Source of the DNA: Eledone cirrhosa
Lineage: Eukaryota
NCBI GenBank assembly: GCA_964016885.1
Contig: OZ024742.1
Coordinates: 96,782,001-96,846,000, forward strand
Reading direction: 5' to 3'
Length of the DNA stretch: 64,000 nt
Of the stretch, positions 42,946 through 55,716 are shown piece after piece; within the stretch, counting starts at the first letter, position 1; each line of letters begins with the position of its first letter. A program made the position numbers and the translations under genes. A model generated the notes under the pieces. The model saw only the letters and a program-made list of their open reading frames with translations, did no database searches and was not told the origin of the DNA.

Positions 42946-43712
42946 AAACAATATATACATATTAACGAACTGCATATTATGGTATTATGGAGGGGATTTA
43001 TTGAAGGCGGGTGTTAGGAGGAGGAAGAGCTATTTGAATGGTGATGCACCACCAGCAACACCTCCACTGCCACCACCACACCACCATCTGCACCACTGCT
43101 GCTACTGCTGTGTCAATTTTCAATCCTGAGAGGATGTTGAATGTTTCGACTATCTTTGATTATCTGCATACATGTTATGTATGTGTGTGTGTATGCATGC
43201 ATCTATTCATGTATGTATGCATATATATATATGTATATATGGATTTCTTTATACATGCCTGTATGTATATATGTATATATGTATATATACATATATGTAT
43301 ACATGCATATATATATAGGCATAGATATTTGGTTATATGCATGTATATATGTATATGTTTTATGTATGCATGCATATATATACATGTGTGGGTTAAAGTA
43401 GATAAGTGTGGCTTCTCCCTAAGCCCCCATCACCTCCTCTACAATCATGTATTAAAATACTTGATGATGTTGACCATTATTCCTCAATGCCACTGTGCCA
43501 TTGTACGTCAGATTGAAGGATCAGAAATAACAAGATGTTTCCATTATCATCGTTCCATTCTTTGATCTGTGAACCAAAGTCTCACAAGGTTATTTCCTAA
43601 TTCAAACAGCATTGAATCATCAAAATGTAAATAGCTGTCTGCATATTTCTCTATTTGCTATGTTTGTCTAACTGTGTGTCTGCTTACATGTGTTTAAGTG
43701 TGTGTGTGTATG

Positions 43713-43749
<37 letters not shown>

Positions 43750-43885
43750 GCATGTTTATGTTTGCCCATGTATATGTATGTGTGACTGTGTGAGTAAATA
43801 TAGCTTAAAGAATATACATAAACATACCACATAAAAATACACACACACACATATATATATATACATATACACATATATGTATATA

Positions 43886-43922
<37 letters not shown>

Positions 43923-43932
43923 ATATATATAG

Positions 43933-43979
<47 letters not shown>

Positions 43980-43980
<1 letters not shown>

Positions 43981-45670
43981 CAGACGCTCTTTTCATTGTA
44001 CCACAACTACAGGAGAAGTACCTAGCTAAAGGTAAACCCCTCTACTTAGCTTTTGTCGACTTGGAGAAAGCCTTCGACAGACTCCCCCGCTCCATTATCT
44101 GGTGGGCTCTTAGAAAACTAGGGGTTGACGAATGGCTTGTGAGAGCTATACAAGCCATGTATAAAGAAACAGTCAGCAAGGTTAGAATTAACAACGAATA
44201 TAGTGAAGAGTTTAGCGTAAAAGTTGGCGTCCATCAGGGCTCTGTTCTCAGCCCCCTACTATTTATTATTGCCCTTCAGGCTATAACAGAGGAGTTCAAG
44301 ACCGGCTGCCCATGGGAACTCCTGTACGCAGACGACCTGACACTCATAGCTGAATCAATGGCCGAGCTAGAGAAGAAATTCCAAACATGGAAGCACGGCC
44401 TAGAATCAAAAGGACTTAAAATTAACCTGGCTAAGACTAAAGTTCTAGTTTGTAGGAAAGAAAATAAGGCGGCGGTCCCTTCTGGGAAATGGCCATGCTC
44501 AGTGTGTCGGAAAGGCGTAGGTAGAAACTCCATTTTATGTCCCAAATGCAAAGTATGGGTGCATAAAAGATGTAGTGGGATCACAGGTAAGCTAACTAAG
44601 AACATAGATTTTACATGTGGCCGGTGCTCTGGTGCAATAAGTAGCAGCAAGTGCCCACAATACTAGCTCTTTCAATTGCGCAGAGGGTTCTATAGAAATA
44701 ATGGACAGCTTCCGTTACCTGAGCGATAAAATCAGCAGTGGGGGAGGGTGACTGAAAGTACAGTAGCTAGAGTCAGAACTGGTTGGAAAAAGTTCAGAGA
44801 GCTTATACCACTATTAGCTGCTAAAGGGTTCTCCCTAAAAATGAAAGGCAGGTTGTATGATGCCTGCATACGAACAGCAATGTTGCATGGCAGTGAGACC
44901 TGGGCATTGTGTGCAGAGGACATACGCAGACTAGAGAGGAATGAAGCTTGCATGCTCCGCTGGATGTGTAATAGTAATATACGTGAACGGCAAAGCATAA
45001 ACGAACTAAGGAAAAAATTAGAAATAAGAGGGATCAGATGTTGTTTACTCAAGAGAAGGTTACGTTGGTATGGACATGTGATGCGCATGAAAGTCGATAG
45101 CTGTATAACAAAGTGCAGGGCAATAAAGATAGACGGTAGCCACGGAATAGGCAGACCTAGAAAAACCTGGGACGAGCTGATAAACTCCGACCTCACACAC
45201 TTACACCTCTCCAAGACAATGTCACTGGACCGAGACCTTTGGCGGTACTCAGTAACAGAGAAGACCCGCCTTACCTAAATACATAGTAAAACCTACTACA
45301 GCCAGTAGGCATCTCTCACAAAATTCACCCCGTCCCACCACCCCCACTCCATCCACACCACCCCGTTCTATGTAAAGTTATGTTGGTGCCGCGCCATCCA
45401 GGCCGAAACAAATGAGATCGTGTAGGTGTCACGACAAAAAAACACACAGTCCACGCTGTAATGTGGCCGTGTAGGCAACACGGTAAAAACCTCCCAGACC
45501 CACACTGTAAATGTGGTTGGTGTTAGGAAGGGCATCCAACTGTAGAAAACCTGCCAGACAGTCCTATGCGAGCAAGACAATCACTCTTGCCTCAGGTGGG
45601 AATACACCCGTCCAAACCCATGCAAGCGTGGAACACGGACGTTAAACGTTGATGATCATGATGATGATGA
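43980..45670 (+). mobile_element. 5'-truncated RTE LINE inserted in (TA)n
   Basis: TDALFIV..AFVDLEKAFDR..HQGSVLSP..LLYADDL, Cys-rich CSVCRK..CPKC..HKRC..CGRC, then AMLHGSETW..GRPRKTW; 3' UTR ending in (GAT)n. Confidence 0.95.
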
Positions 45671-46037
45671 TATATATATATTTATAAACTATCATTTATA
45701 GTGATTGACTTTTATTACAGGCATTTCCTATATTTGGGATACTTATCTTTATATATATATATATATCATAAATCATGTCCTTAGAATTATTAGATGAAAT
45801 ATATACCATTTCATTGTGACTATATATATTTATATGTAAATCTTTATATATATATATATATATTTATATAAGGTGAAGTGGCAGTCTTTACTGATCAGAT
45901 AAAAAAATGCCTTTGAATTTGTTGCGAATCACTACATTCTATACTCAAAACCTGCAAAAGTCAACTTTACATTTTAACTTTTAAAGGTCGATAAATAAAT
46001 ACATATTTGAATATATATATACACACACATATGTTTA

Positions 46038-46083
<46 letters not shown>

Positions 46084-46943
46084 AGCATGTCAAATACACA
46101 GATAATTAAACATATATATATGTCTGTGTATTGGTAGATAGATAAATAGATAGATAGATGGATTTCGATATAGTTAGATATACATAGGCAAATATTCAGT
46201 AATTAAAAGTTAATGAAGTTCACATTAGCACTTATGTTTTCCCTCTCATTTTATTTCCTTATTTCTCTGACATTTCTCAACTTAACTCTCTATATATCTT
46301 TATATGTAATATTCCTCTACCAATTTTATTTTTACATAATCTACATATGCATAAGTTAAGCCATAGTATATTAAACCATGTCATGTATTTATAGGTGTTA
46401 TGCTAATATTTATGTATTTTTTTAAATCCTGAGTCCTCCTATCAGTAAAACAAGGATATATGTTTATAATTATCACCATAACTGAAAATATGAAACATAA
46501 CAGAAACAAGACACTGTAGACTCTACTTCAAAAATATATAACATCAACCAATATTATCATCACCATCGTTTTACATGCTGGCATGGATTGCACGCGTTGT
46601 CACAGATGTTTTGGTATGATCTTGATCATACTTTCTGTATCTGGTATGATTTATGTAGCCGGATGCCCTTCTTAAAACTAACCACCTTACTGAGTATACT
46701 ATGGATTTTTTTCATAGCACGATTATTGCGCCCTAGTTAGAAAGTGCACATTTTATCATGGAACCCACACAAACTCTTAATGTTTAGTTATTTATTCAGG
46801 TCAGTGTTGTGTCTTATATAAATTGGTGATGAGGATGCTTTTATGATTTTATGTATTGTGGCATGGCTTCTCAAAATAATTATTGGTAAATGTGAAAGTG
46901 GAGATGGGTGGACAATAACTTAGTGCTTAGCCTCTGTTATTTA

Positions 46944-47752
46944 AAAAACAAAATTAGTTTCACTTTAACATAGCAGATACAGAAATGCATTCGTAAGTTT
47001 TATATCGAATAATAATAATACTCGATTAATTTGCAAGCAAACAGGCTCATTACCCTATGTGTTTAGACAACCATTGTCATCCTTTTGTTCTAGCGGTGAC
47101 AGAGAAACAATCAACAACAATATTGTTTCTGGTTTATTGTCAAGTTTGTGTATCTCTCTTCTCTGTCATACTCTAGAACTCTTGAGAATATATAATATTC
47201 TCTAAAGTATACATCAGTTGATTAGCCTAATTTGCATATTGAGTGATTTTATAGCTGGCTTTGATGAAAATTAAAATCAAAATTAGTTTTGCTCTAACTT
47301 AGTGGACTTTTATATCAAATAGTGGAGTTTTATATCGAATAATAATGAATTCTACTATAGGCACAAGGCCAACAATTTTTGGGAGAGGGGAAAGTTGATT
47401 AAACCAACCCCAGTGCATTACTGGTGCTTTATTTTATTGACTCTGTAAGGATGAAAGGCAAAGCTAACCTCGGCAGAATTTGAACTCAGGACGTAATGGG
47501 CAGTAACTCTATGTTGTAAACCATGTTGTCTGATGCTCTATCGATACTGCCAATTCACCGCCCAGAAACAATATTATTGTCGATTGTTTCTCTCTGTCAC
47601 TGCCAGAACAAAATAATAATGATCATCATCTAAAACACATTGGCTAATAAGGCTGTTTGCTTGCAAATGAATCAAATATTGTTATTTGATATAAAACTAA
47701 CAAATGCATTTACATATCTGCTATGTTAGAGCAAAATTAATTTTGTTTTTAA
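46944..47752. repeat. Old inverted repeat (~190-bp arms) enclosing a SINE (47350-47563, -)
   Basis: 46944-47132 is a diverged reverse complement of 47562-47752. Confidence 0.65.
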
Positions 47753-48349
47753 TTTTCTGCAAAGCCAGCTGTAAAATGGCTGTAGCAATTTTTCTTTTTA
47801 CACACATCATAAATTGTAGCATATAATTTGAGTTTTTAAGTATGTAAAAATCTTTTCAAAATTGTGTTGACTTATAAGGTGGGGATAAATCATGAATTTT
47901 TAATGTTGAGAGGTAAACAAGTGGATCAGAACTCTATGCACTACTTCATTTTATTATTGCAAGTTTCCATAAATATATTCAAATGAGATGCCTTTCAGTA
48001 CTCCCTTCAATAAAATTGTCTTGCTCCTACCACTTTATAAATGAATAAAATATATGTTTGTGTGTGTGTTATATTCTTAGTTGTTTATATCACAAATGTA
48101 GGTATAAGTTTGGTGTAGTAGAGTAAATAGTGTTGGCAACACACCATAAATAACAGAAAGACCAGTTTCATCATCTTTCAACAGTTTTCACACACATCAC
48201 CACTCTCTACTATACTAATGACAGTTAGAAGCTTATAGTTACATTGAATATTTTACTTAGCTTACCAAATGGTGATAGTTTTGCATTTTGGTGTTATTTT
48301 GACAATTGTTGAAGATTCTTGGGTTCTTTTTTTTTTGTTTGTTTTACAG

Positions 48350-48556
48350 CAAACATGACATGAAAACTAAAACCTTTAGTAAGACAAAAGTATATATTTT
48401 AAATGTATTATTGTCTTGCTTTGTAATAAATCTTAGAAGCTATTCCTTTACTTTTCTTGTTTTTCTTAAATAGTTTTTAATGGAGATGGCGTATGCGATG
48501 TGGCTGGTACAATTGGTCTTGTTGATTCTGTGCCTAAACATTGCCTGCCGCTCTAA
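48350..48556 (+). CDS. Candidate last two coding exons of an unidentified host gene (48350-48378 and 48474-48556)
   Basis: Polypyrimidine-ttttacAG acceptor, GTAAGA donor, 95-nt intron and second polypyrimidine-tAG acceptor; the splice is in frame: KHDMKTKTF-I-FNGDGVCDVAGTIGLVDSVPKHCLPL*. No homology recognised. Confidence 0.3.
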
Positions 48557-49667
48557 ATATCTACCTCCCCCATACAGCACCAAGCGCAGCTCTTTTCATA
48601 CAATTATTAAACTTCATCACAAATACAGCTCTTTCCATACAATTATGAATCTTTATGACAGATATATTATAGGTTTCATCAACAAACTATTCTAGCAACA
48701 CTCATCATTGAAAGTAACAGAGGTTCCTGCCATGCAATTCCAATTTTTCCTGAGCATAGTAAGATCAAGTGAGTACGAAGTTCACTTGACAATCATGAGT
48801 TTCCACTTTCAATCGCAATGCATGCTTTCTCCCAAATGTTTGTGTCAAACCAATATTTTTGAATGAAATGGCATATAGAGAAACACTGTGGAAGGTCATT
48901 GAATGGGTTGTAGCTGTAACACTAAAGTCTAAACATGTCATACTCAATATCAATCTGAGAATTAAATGAAGGGTACAAGTGTGTGTGGAATACTTGGCCA
49001 TTTATGTAAGATAATGAATTAGTTGTGAAGTTGATCAAAGAACTAGAAGACTTACCATTAAAATCGATGGGGTTATTATACTTTTTTAAGAATTTACTGT
49101 AAAATCATAAATGTTGTTGCCGTTGTTAGTGTTATTGCAGTTGCTGTTTTTATTAGGAATGTTGCTGTGTTGGTTGATGTTTCTGCAGCACTGTCAGTTT
49201 TGTTGCTCTTGTTATCACTACCATTATTGTTATTATTATCATCATCATCATTTTCTTCTTCTTCCTTGCCCACTTACTCCTGAGAAGGTTGTATGGGCAG
49301 AGTCCTCACACACTCCTACCATTGGGTCCTGTCAGAAGCATTCATCTCCAACTGATCCGGTTGGATCCCCAAGTGAGACCAACCAAGCACATGGATGTTA
49401 TCCAACCATCTTGCTCGGGGTCTACCTCTGGTTAGTTTTGTCCATAAAATCTGTCCAGTGTCCAGTGATTCTTTCCTGAGACATTCTAACCATATGCCCC
49501 ATAGTATTGGAGCTGTGGTCTCTCAGTTCGGAGAAGTAGCAGTTCTACCTGGAGTAATGCTCTGATCTCTGAGCTATGTATTTATTGAGTAATGCTATTC
49601 CAAACACCCTTCAGAGAAACTCCATCATTATTATTATTATTATTGTTGTTATTATTATTATTATTTA

Positions 49668-49908
49668 GGGCAATGGATTGGCGGTATCAGTAGAGTGCCA
49701 GACATGTTTTGTGACATTGAGTCATGGCTCTTTACGTTCTGAGTTCAAATCTCGCCAAAGTTAACTTTGCCTTTCATTCTTATGAGGTCGATAAAATAAA
49801 GTACCAGTAATGTACTGGGGTCGATTTAATCAACTTCCCCTTCCCCTTCAAATTGTTGGCCTTGTGCCTAAAGTAGAAATAATAATAATAATTATTATTA
49901 TTATTGTT

Positions 49909-49939
<31 letters not shown>

Positions 49940-50292
49940 TTATTATTAGGCAAAATTAATCCCGCCAGATTAACTTTGCCTTTCATCCTTACGAGGTTGA
50001 TAAAATAAAGTACCAGTAATGCACTAAGTAAATTGCTGGCCTTGTGCTAAAAGTAGAAACATTATTATTATGAGGATGGTGCATTGGCAATATCTGTAGA
50101 GTTCCAGACACCTTGCTTTGCAGCATCAAGTCACAGCCCTTTGAGGACTGAATTCAAATCCCGCCGAGGTTAGCATTTTTCTTTCATTCTTACGGGGTCA
50201 ATGAAATAAAGTACCATCAAGTACTGGGGTCGATTTAATCAATTTACCCCTCTCCTTCAAGTTACTAGCCTTGTATCTAAAGTAGAAACAAT
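49668..50292 (+). mobile_element. Cluster of three SINE copies separated by (ATT)n
   Basis: Copies at ~49668-49880, ~49955-50060 (partial) and ~50072-50292. Confidence 0.85.
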
Positions 50293-50675
50293 TATTATCA
50301 ATTGGCAGTATTGGTAGAATGTAAGCCTAAATACTCTAGTGAATTTAATGATTTTTCCATGTTCTGAATTTGAATCTTGCAGAGGTCATCTCTGCCTTTC
50401 ATTCTTAACTACTAGACTCTATATAATCAACTTTATATTGCGCTGCCCCCAAATTGCAAGTTTTATGCGAATGTTGGAAATAATTATTTTTATAGTTGTT
50501 GAAGTTCTACAAGGTTTTATATATTATTTCACACAGCTGCATGCACTTAAGAAATAAATAAACAGACAAGGCATGAAGGGACAACATAAACATGTAAGGT
50601 GGGGCAAAAATTAGTTATTTCCCTTGGATTCCAGTCTTATTTGCAAGATCAATTGTGTGAAAAAGATAAAGAAAG

Positions 50676-50812
<137 letters not shown>

Positions 50813-50939
50813 ATGTATATATATGTATAAGCATGTATAGATATATAATATATGTAAGTATAAATATATGTATATTTATGTATAAATATATGTATATGTG
50901 TATTTGTATGTGTATATATATGTAAAAATATATATGTAT

Positions 50940-51172
50940 TTCTATGTTTAAGGTCTCGTTTAAGGTCTATCTTCCACGCTAGTAGGGGTTTGGAGGGGAA
51001 TTTTCCTACTTGAGGCAAGATTGGTCGGGTGACCATGTCTCGCTTGTATGACTGCCTGACCGGTTTTCTACAGCTGGATGCCCTTCCTAACACTAACCTC
51101 GTTTACAGTGTAGACTGGGAGGTTTTTACTGTGTTACCTACATGTGGGCTGTGTGTTTTTTTGTGGTGACAC

Positions 51173-51246
<74 letters not shown>

Positions 51247-51383
51247 GTGTAGGCGCCACGGATAAAAAGCACCCAGCACTCACTGTAAAATGAGGTTGGT
51301 GTTAGGAAGGGCATCCAGCTGTAGAAATCAAGTTCCCGTCCCACCCTTGCAAGCAAGGAAAAGCGGACGTAAAATGATGATGA

Positions 51384-51435
<52 letters not shown>
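50940..51435. mobile_element. Two short RTE-tail SINE-like elements (- strand ~50940-51130; + strand ~51246-51435)
   Basis: Both share ggtgttaggaagggcatccagctgtagaaa with the RTE 3' UTR at 45515-45670; the plus copy ends in (GAT)n. Confidence 0.75.
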
Positions 51436-51483
51436 CATATATGTATATGTGTATATATATATGCATATATATATATATATACA

Positions 51484-51535
<52 letters not shown>

Positions 51536-51645
51536 TTTATATATATATATATATATATGTAAAGTTATATTTAAAATTGTTGGGTTACAACTAGTAAATA
51601 TTTATAACTGATATAAAAGCACTCGACAAATATTTGGAGTATATT

Positions 51646-52013
51646 TACAATATTAAATAAATGGAAAACTATATTTATAAAACCATATTTATTTCATTAT
51701 ATATATTTCGGGGATATCATATTAACAATATGCTATGCCTTCATCAGACAAAATACAATATAAACAGTTTTATAGATAAATAGATTCGACATACCGTAAT
51801 AAACATCGACTTCATTTGAAGAGGTTTACGCTAGCGTAAACCTCTTCAAATGAAGTCGATGTTTATTACGGTATGTCGAATCTATTTATCTATAAAACTG
51901 TTTATATTGTATTTTGTCTGATGAAGGCATAGCATATTGTTAATATGATATCCCCGAAATATATATAATGAAATAAATATGGTTTTATAAATATAGTTTT
52001 CCATTTATTTAAT

Positions 52014-52019
<6 letters not shown>
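51646..52019. repeat. Perfect 374-bp spacerless palindrome with divergent HHR pair
   Basis: Centre tttacgct|agcgtaaa at 51832/51833; arms match by eye without mismatch. Confidence 0.95.
51910..51975 (+). ncRNA. Type I hammerhead ribozyme (mirror copy on - strand at 51690-51755)
   Basis: tattttgt CTGATGA aggcatagcatatt-gtt-aatatgatatcccc GAAA tatata TA atgaaata; stem II partly mismatched. Confidence 0.75.
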
Positions 52020-52087
<68 letters not shown>

Positions 52088-52427
52088 TATATATACCCGA
52101 CCCCCCACAGGTACAAGCCGGAGCTGAAGCATATAGACTATATACCCCACACCCTCCTACTGCAAAGTCGTCATGGAGGTGCCACGGCAAAAAAGCAACC
52201 AGCCCACACTGAAAAGTGGACGTGTAGGCGCCACGGAAAAAAGCACCCAGCACTCACTATAAATGAGGTTGGTGTTAGGAAGGGCATCCAGCTGTAGAAA
52301 GCAAGCCAGAATCAGTTCCCGTAGGAGCAAGACAAGGGCAGACGACTGGACACTGTCCACAACAGGACAACCCCTCTAACCGATGCTAGCGCTGAAGAAC
52401 GTACGTAAAACGGTGATGATGATGATG

Positions 52428-52510
<83 letters not shown>

Positions 52511-53379
52511 GGAGGTGAGTTTTATTGTAGTACAATAAAGCAATGCAGATATCAGATAAATTTATAACTGACACGAATTCCTTCACCTATTTTGGCTCCA
52601 CTTCCACCTCCTTTAAAGCTCGTCGTTATAATTTCATTCGTCTTTTAAATACCAACTTAAAAGAACCAACACGGCACTCTCAGAACTCATATGGTCCTTG
52701 AAAGACAAAAATATTAAATATAACATCTCTTGGAAAAAGGTTTCTTCTGCTTCTCAGACTTGAACAGTTCTCTATCCAAGTCTTGCAATCTCTGTTTAAA
52801 TGAAAAATTTACCATTATATCTAATTTAGATTCTATAATAAATAGACGCACTGACTTGTTTTCTCTCTGCTTGCATAAATTCCACAGAACATTCCATAAA
52901 GTATACAGCTAATATCTAATACTTTATCAATTTAAAATCCTTTTCTCAAAGGCACTTATTTATATATATACTTCTTTACAATTATACCCATCTTTCTACC
53001 TTATTTCAAAGTTATTTATTATACATTATATAATACTAGTTACTCATTCTATATCACTCCTATTTATCACTTCCCTTTCTTCCTTTTCCTTTTCTTTTCC
53101 TTTTTCTTTTAATTTCTAACCCCTAATCTGTACATTTTCTCATTGTGCCTAACATAGAAACAATTATTACACAGTAGAATATATTCTTACTTTATATCAC
53201 CTTGAAAAAAATCCTTCTTAAACAAAAACATTTTTTGACGTTAGATTATTCATCCTCAATTCATTATTTTTTTCTCCCTTTCGTGGTCATCTAAATTATT
53301 CATGCTCATCTAACTTATTCATCCTATCTTCTACTTCTTTCACAATATATCCTTACTTACATTACTATTGCTTTTTTTA

Positions 53380-53560
53380 ATAATACATATCAACATTTTC
53401 TTTCCATCGCACATATTATTAAACCCTTAAATATTATTCTTAATACATATTAACATTTTCTTTCCATCGCACATATTATTAAACCCTTAAATATTATTCT
53501 TAATACATATTAACAATCTCTTTTCATCGCACATATTATTAAACCCTTCAATATTATTTT
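53380..53560. repeat. 60-bp tandem repeat, 3 copies, in the PLE 3' UTR
   Basis: Unit taatacatattaacattttctttccatcgcacatattattaaacccttaaatattattct. Confidence 0.9.
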
Positions 53561-53881
53561 TCTCTTCGTTAATTTTCAAATTCTTTTAATTTATATATTA
53601 TCTTCCAACGGTTTTTCAACCTCTCTATGTAAAACTATATATTTTTCTCAGTTATAAAAGCTATCTCTCTCTCTCTATCACCCATCTCTCCTCCTATCTC
53701 ATACTTATACTCCCCTCCACTTTTTACTCTCATCTCCTCCTCTTTTTCATCCTTTCCACCCCCACCCCCCTCAAAAAATCTTTTTTCCCGATATCACACA
53801 TCAATCTAAAACTACTTTTCATATGTTGATTTAAAACTGCACTATTCACAATTGTTTTTTAAACTTCATATCATGTCTTCC

Positions 53882-53952
53882 TATTTTATCTGATGAAAAC
53901 ACAAATGTTATTGCATGATGATATTTGTTTTTGAAATGCGCATAATAAAATA
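53882..53952 (+). ncRNA. Type I hammerhead ribozyme
   Basis: Perfect stem I tattttat/ataaaata, CTGATGA, stem II acaaatgttatt/gatgatatttgt, GAAA, palindromic stem III atgcgcat, AUA cleavage after 53944. Confidence 0.85.
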
Positions 53953-53980
53953 CATGGAACTCTTTTAACCATCTTTTGAT

Positions 53981-54020
<40 letters not shown>

Positions 54021-54057
54021 TTTATATATATATATACATTTATATATATATATATGC

Positions 54058-54149
<92 letters not shown>

Positions 54150-54151
<2 letters not shown>

Positions 54152-54485
54152 TCATCATCATCATTTTTACGTCCACTTTTCCCTGCTTGCAAGGGTGGGA
54201 CGGGAACTGATTCTGGCTAGATTTCTACAGCTGGATGCCCTTCCTAATACCAACCTCATTTACAGAGAGTGCTGGGTGGTTTTTGCCGTGGCACCTACAC
54301 GACCACTTTGCAGTGGAATGATAGGGACCCCAGTTCCTATCATCTTATTTCTACAGCTGAGTAAACTGGGGCAATGTGAAATAAATTGTCTTGCTCAAGG
54401 AAACAACACATCGCCCGGTCTGAGAATTGAACTCACAACCTTTCGATTACAAGGCCAATGCTCTAACCACTAAGCCATGTGACTC
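54150..54485 (-). mobile_element. RTE-tail short element adjoining a tRNA-derived SINE head
   Basis: (CAT)n plus ggatgcccttcctaatacc; 54370-54480 read on the minus strand gives a tggcttagtggttagagca..gagttcaattc tRNA-like head. Confidence 0.75.
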
Positions 54486-54889
54486 CATATCAACGCCATC
54501 TTTCTTACGGAAAGATGGCGTAGATATACAACATGAGGAACACAATAATAGTACCAATGACGATGTTGCAGATGTGCAACAAAAGAACTCAGTCGAAAGC
54601 ATGAAAGTACTTGTTCAATTAACATTTAACACTTAATATTCTACCATACTATTTCATTATAATATCATTATAATTTTAAAGGATTGTAAATAAAACGAGT
54701 AAATCTGACAAAGTTGGAATTCCTTTTATAAATATAATCTTCTATACACAATCATTCACACCCGTGTATATTTATCTATATATTTATCTAATTATGCATA
54801 TATGTATATATATATATATATGTATACATATATGTGCATAAATGCGTATGTGTATATATGTTTGTGTGTATATATATATATTTATATTA

Positions 54890-55663
54890 AAATACAAATA
54901 TTAATAAAATAGATGTTCTTTTGATCAATTAAATTTTATTATACATATTTCAGAGGTACAACAGTACGTCCTCATCCTACAAAATATAATGATACATGAC
55001 ATGTAAGATTTAATCAAGGTAGTGATTAACCTAAGAGAAAACTAAACATTATACCCTAATAATGAGAAAATGCGAAAACGTAATAAATTCAATAGAGGAT
55101 GTATGAGTAAAAAAAACGTTGCTTAATGTTACAGCTATAGAGATTTTAAAATGTGGGATACTACAAATTGAGATTATCTAGGAAAACATCTCTTGAACTA
55201 TAATAGTTTATGAAGGCAACTGATAGAAGATTTAAAGAGAGGGAGAGATAAAGGGGAGTAATATATGCAGAACATTTTTTTTCTTAAGGGCTAAACGGTT
55301 AAGTTTCAAAATATTTAATTTATGTTATTTTAAGTGTGAAGAATCAAAATTTTAAGTTTTTTAAAAGTTGATGGTTATTTATATTTATTAATTTTATAAA
55401 TTCAATAAATGTGTTAACATTTCTAAAATTCTGAATTTTATGAAGACAAAATTTAAAGGATTTACTTGGCCAGCGAAAGGAAAATTTATACTGTTGAATA
55501 TTTTCATAGATGTAATCTTTAACGAAAATTACCTATAAGAATGTCAACATTTTCGGTATGTAAAGCTTTACATTTTCGGTATGTATAATTTTTTACTTGT
55601 AGAGTGCTTCCAATCTATTGTAAAACTCATTCTTTGATGTACTCATTTAATCTTGTTTAACTC

Positions 55664-55668
<5 letters not shown>
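54890..55668. mobile_element. Relative of the 29.7-30.0 kb pLTR family with decayed HHR
   Basis: 54900-54990 matches 29802-29890 (core mutated, stem II deleted); 55599-55665 is the reverse complement of 29697-29760. Confidence 0.7.

Positions 55669-55713
<45 letters not shown>

Positions 55714-55716
<3 letters not shown>

Larger units (their letters stand above)
52540..53980 (+). mobile_element. Penelope-like element 3' part: GIY-YIG endonuclease remnant, 3' UTR and terminal HHR
   Basis: FTYFGSTSTSFKAR..TALSELIWSLKDKNIKYNISWK..SKSCNLCLNEKFTII..INRRTDLFSLCLH (frameshifted, 52580-52910); ends at (TA)n. Confidence 0.85.

Noticed and set aside
48480-48695. 71-aa signal-peptide-like ORF (MEMAYAMWLV..)
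   Set aside because: No supporting homology; overlaps a better-supported spliced frame; both remain unproven.
51815-51850. ttgaaga at the palindrome centre as an extra HHR
   Set aside because: No GAAA/stem III/UH arrangement follows; pairing is only due to the palindrome.
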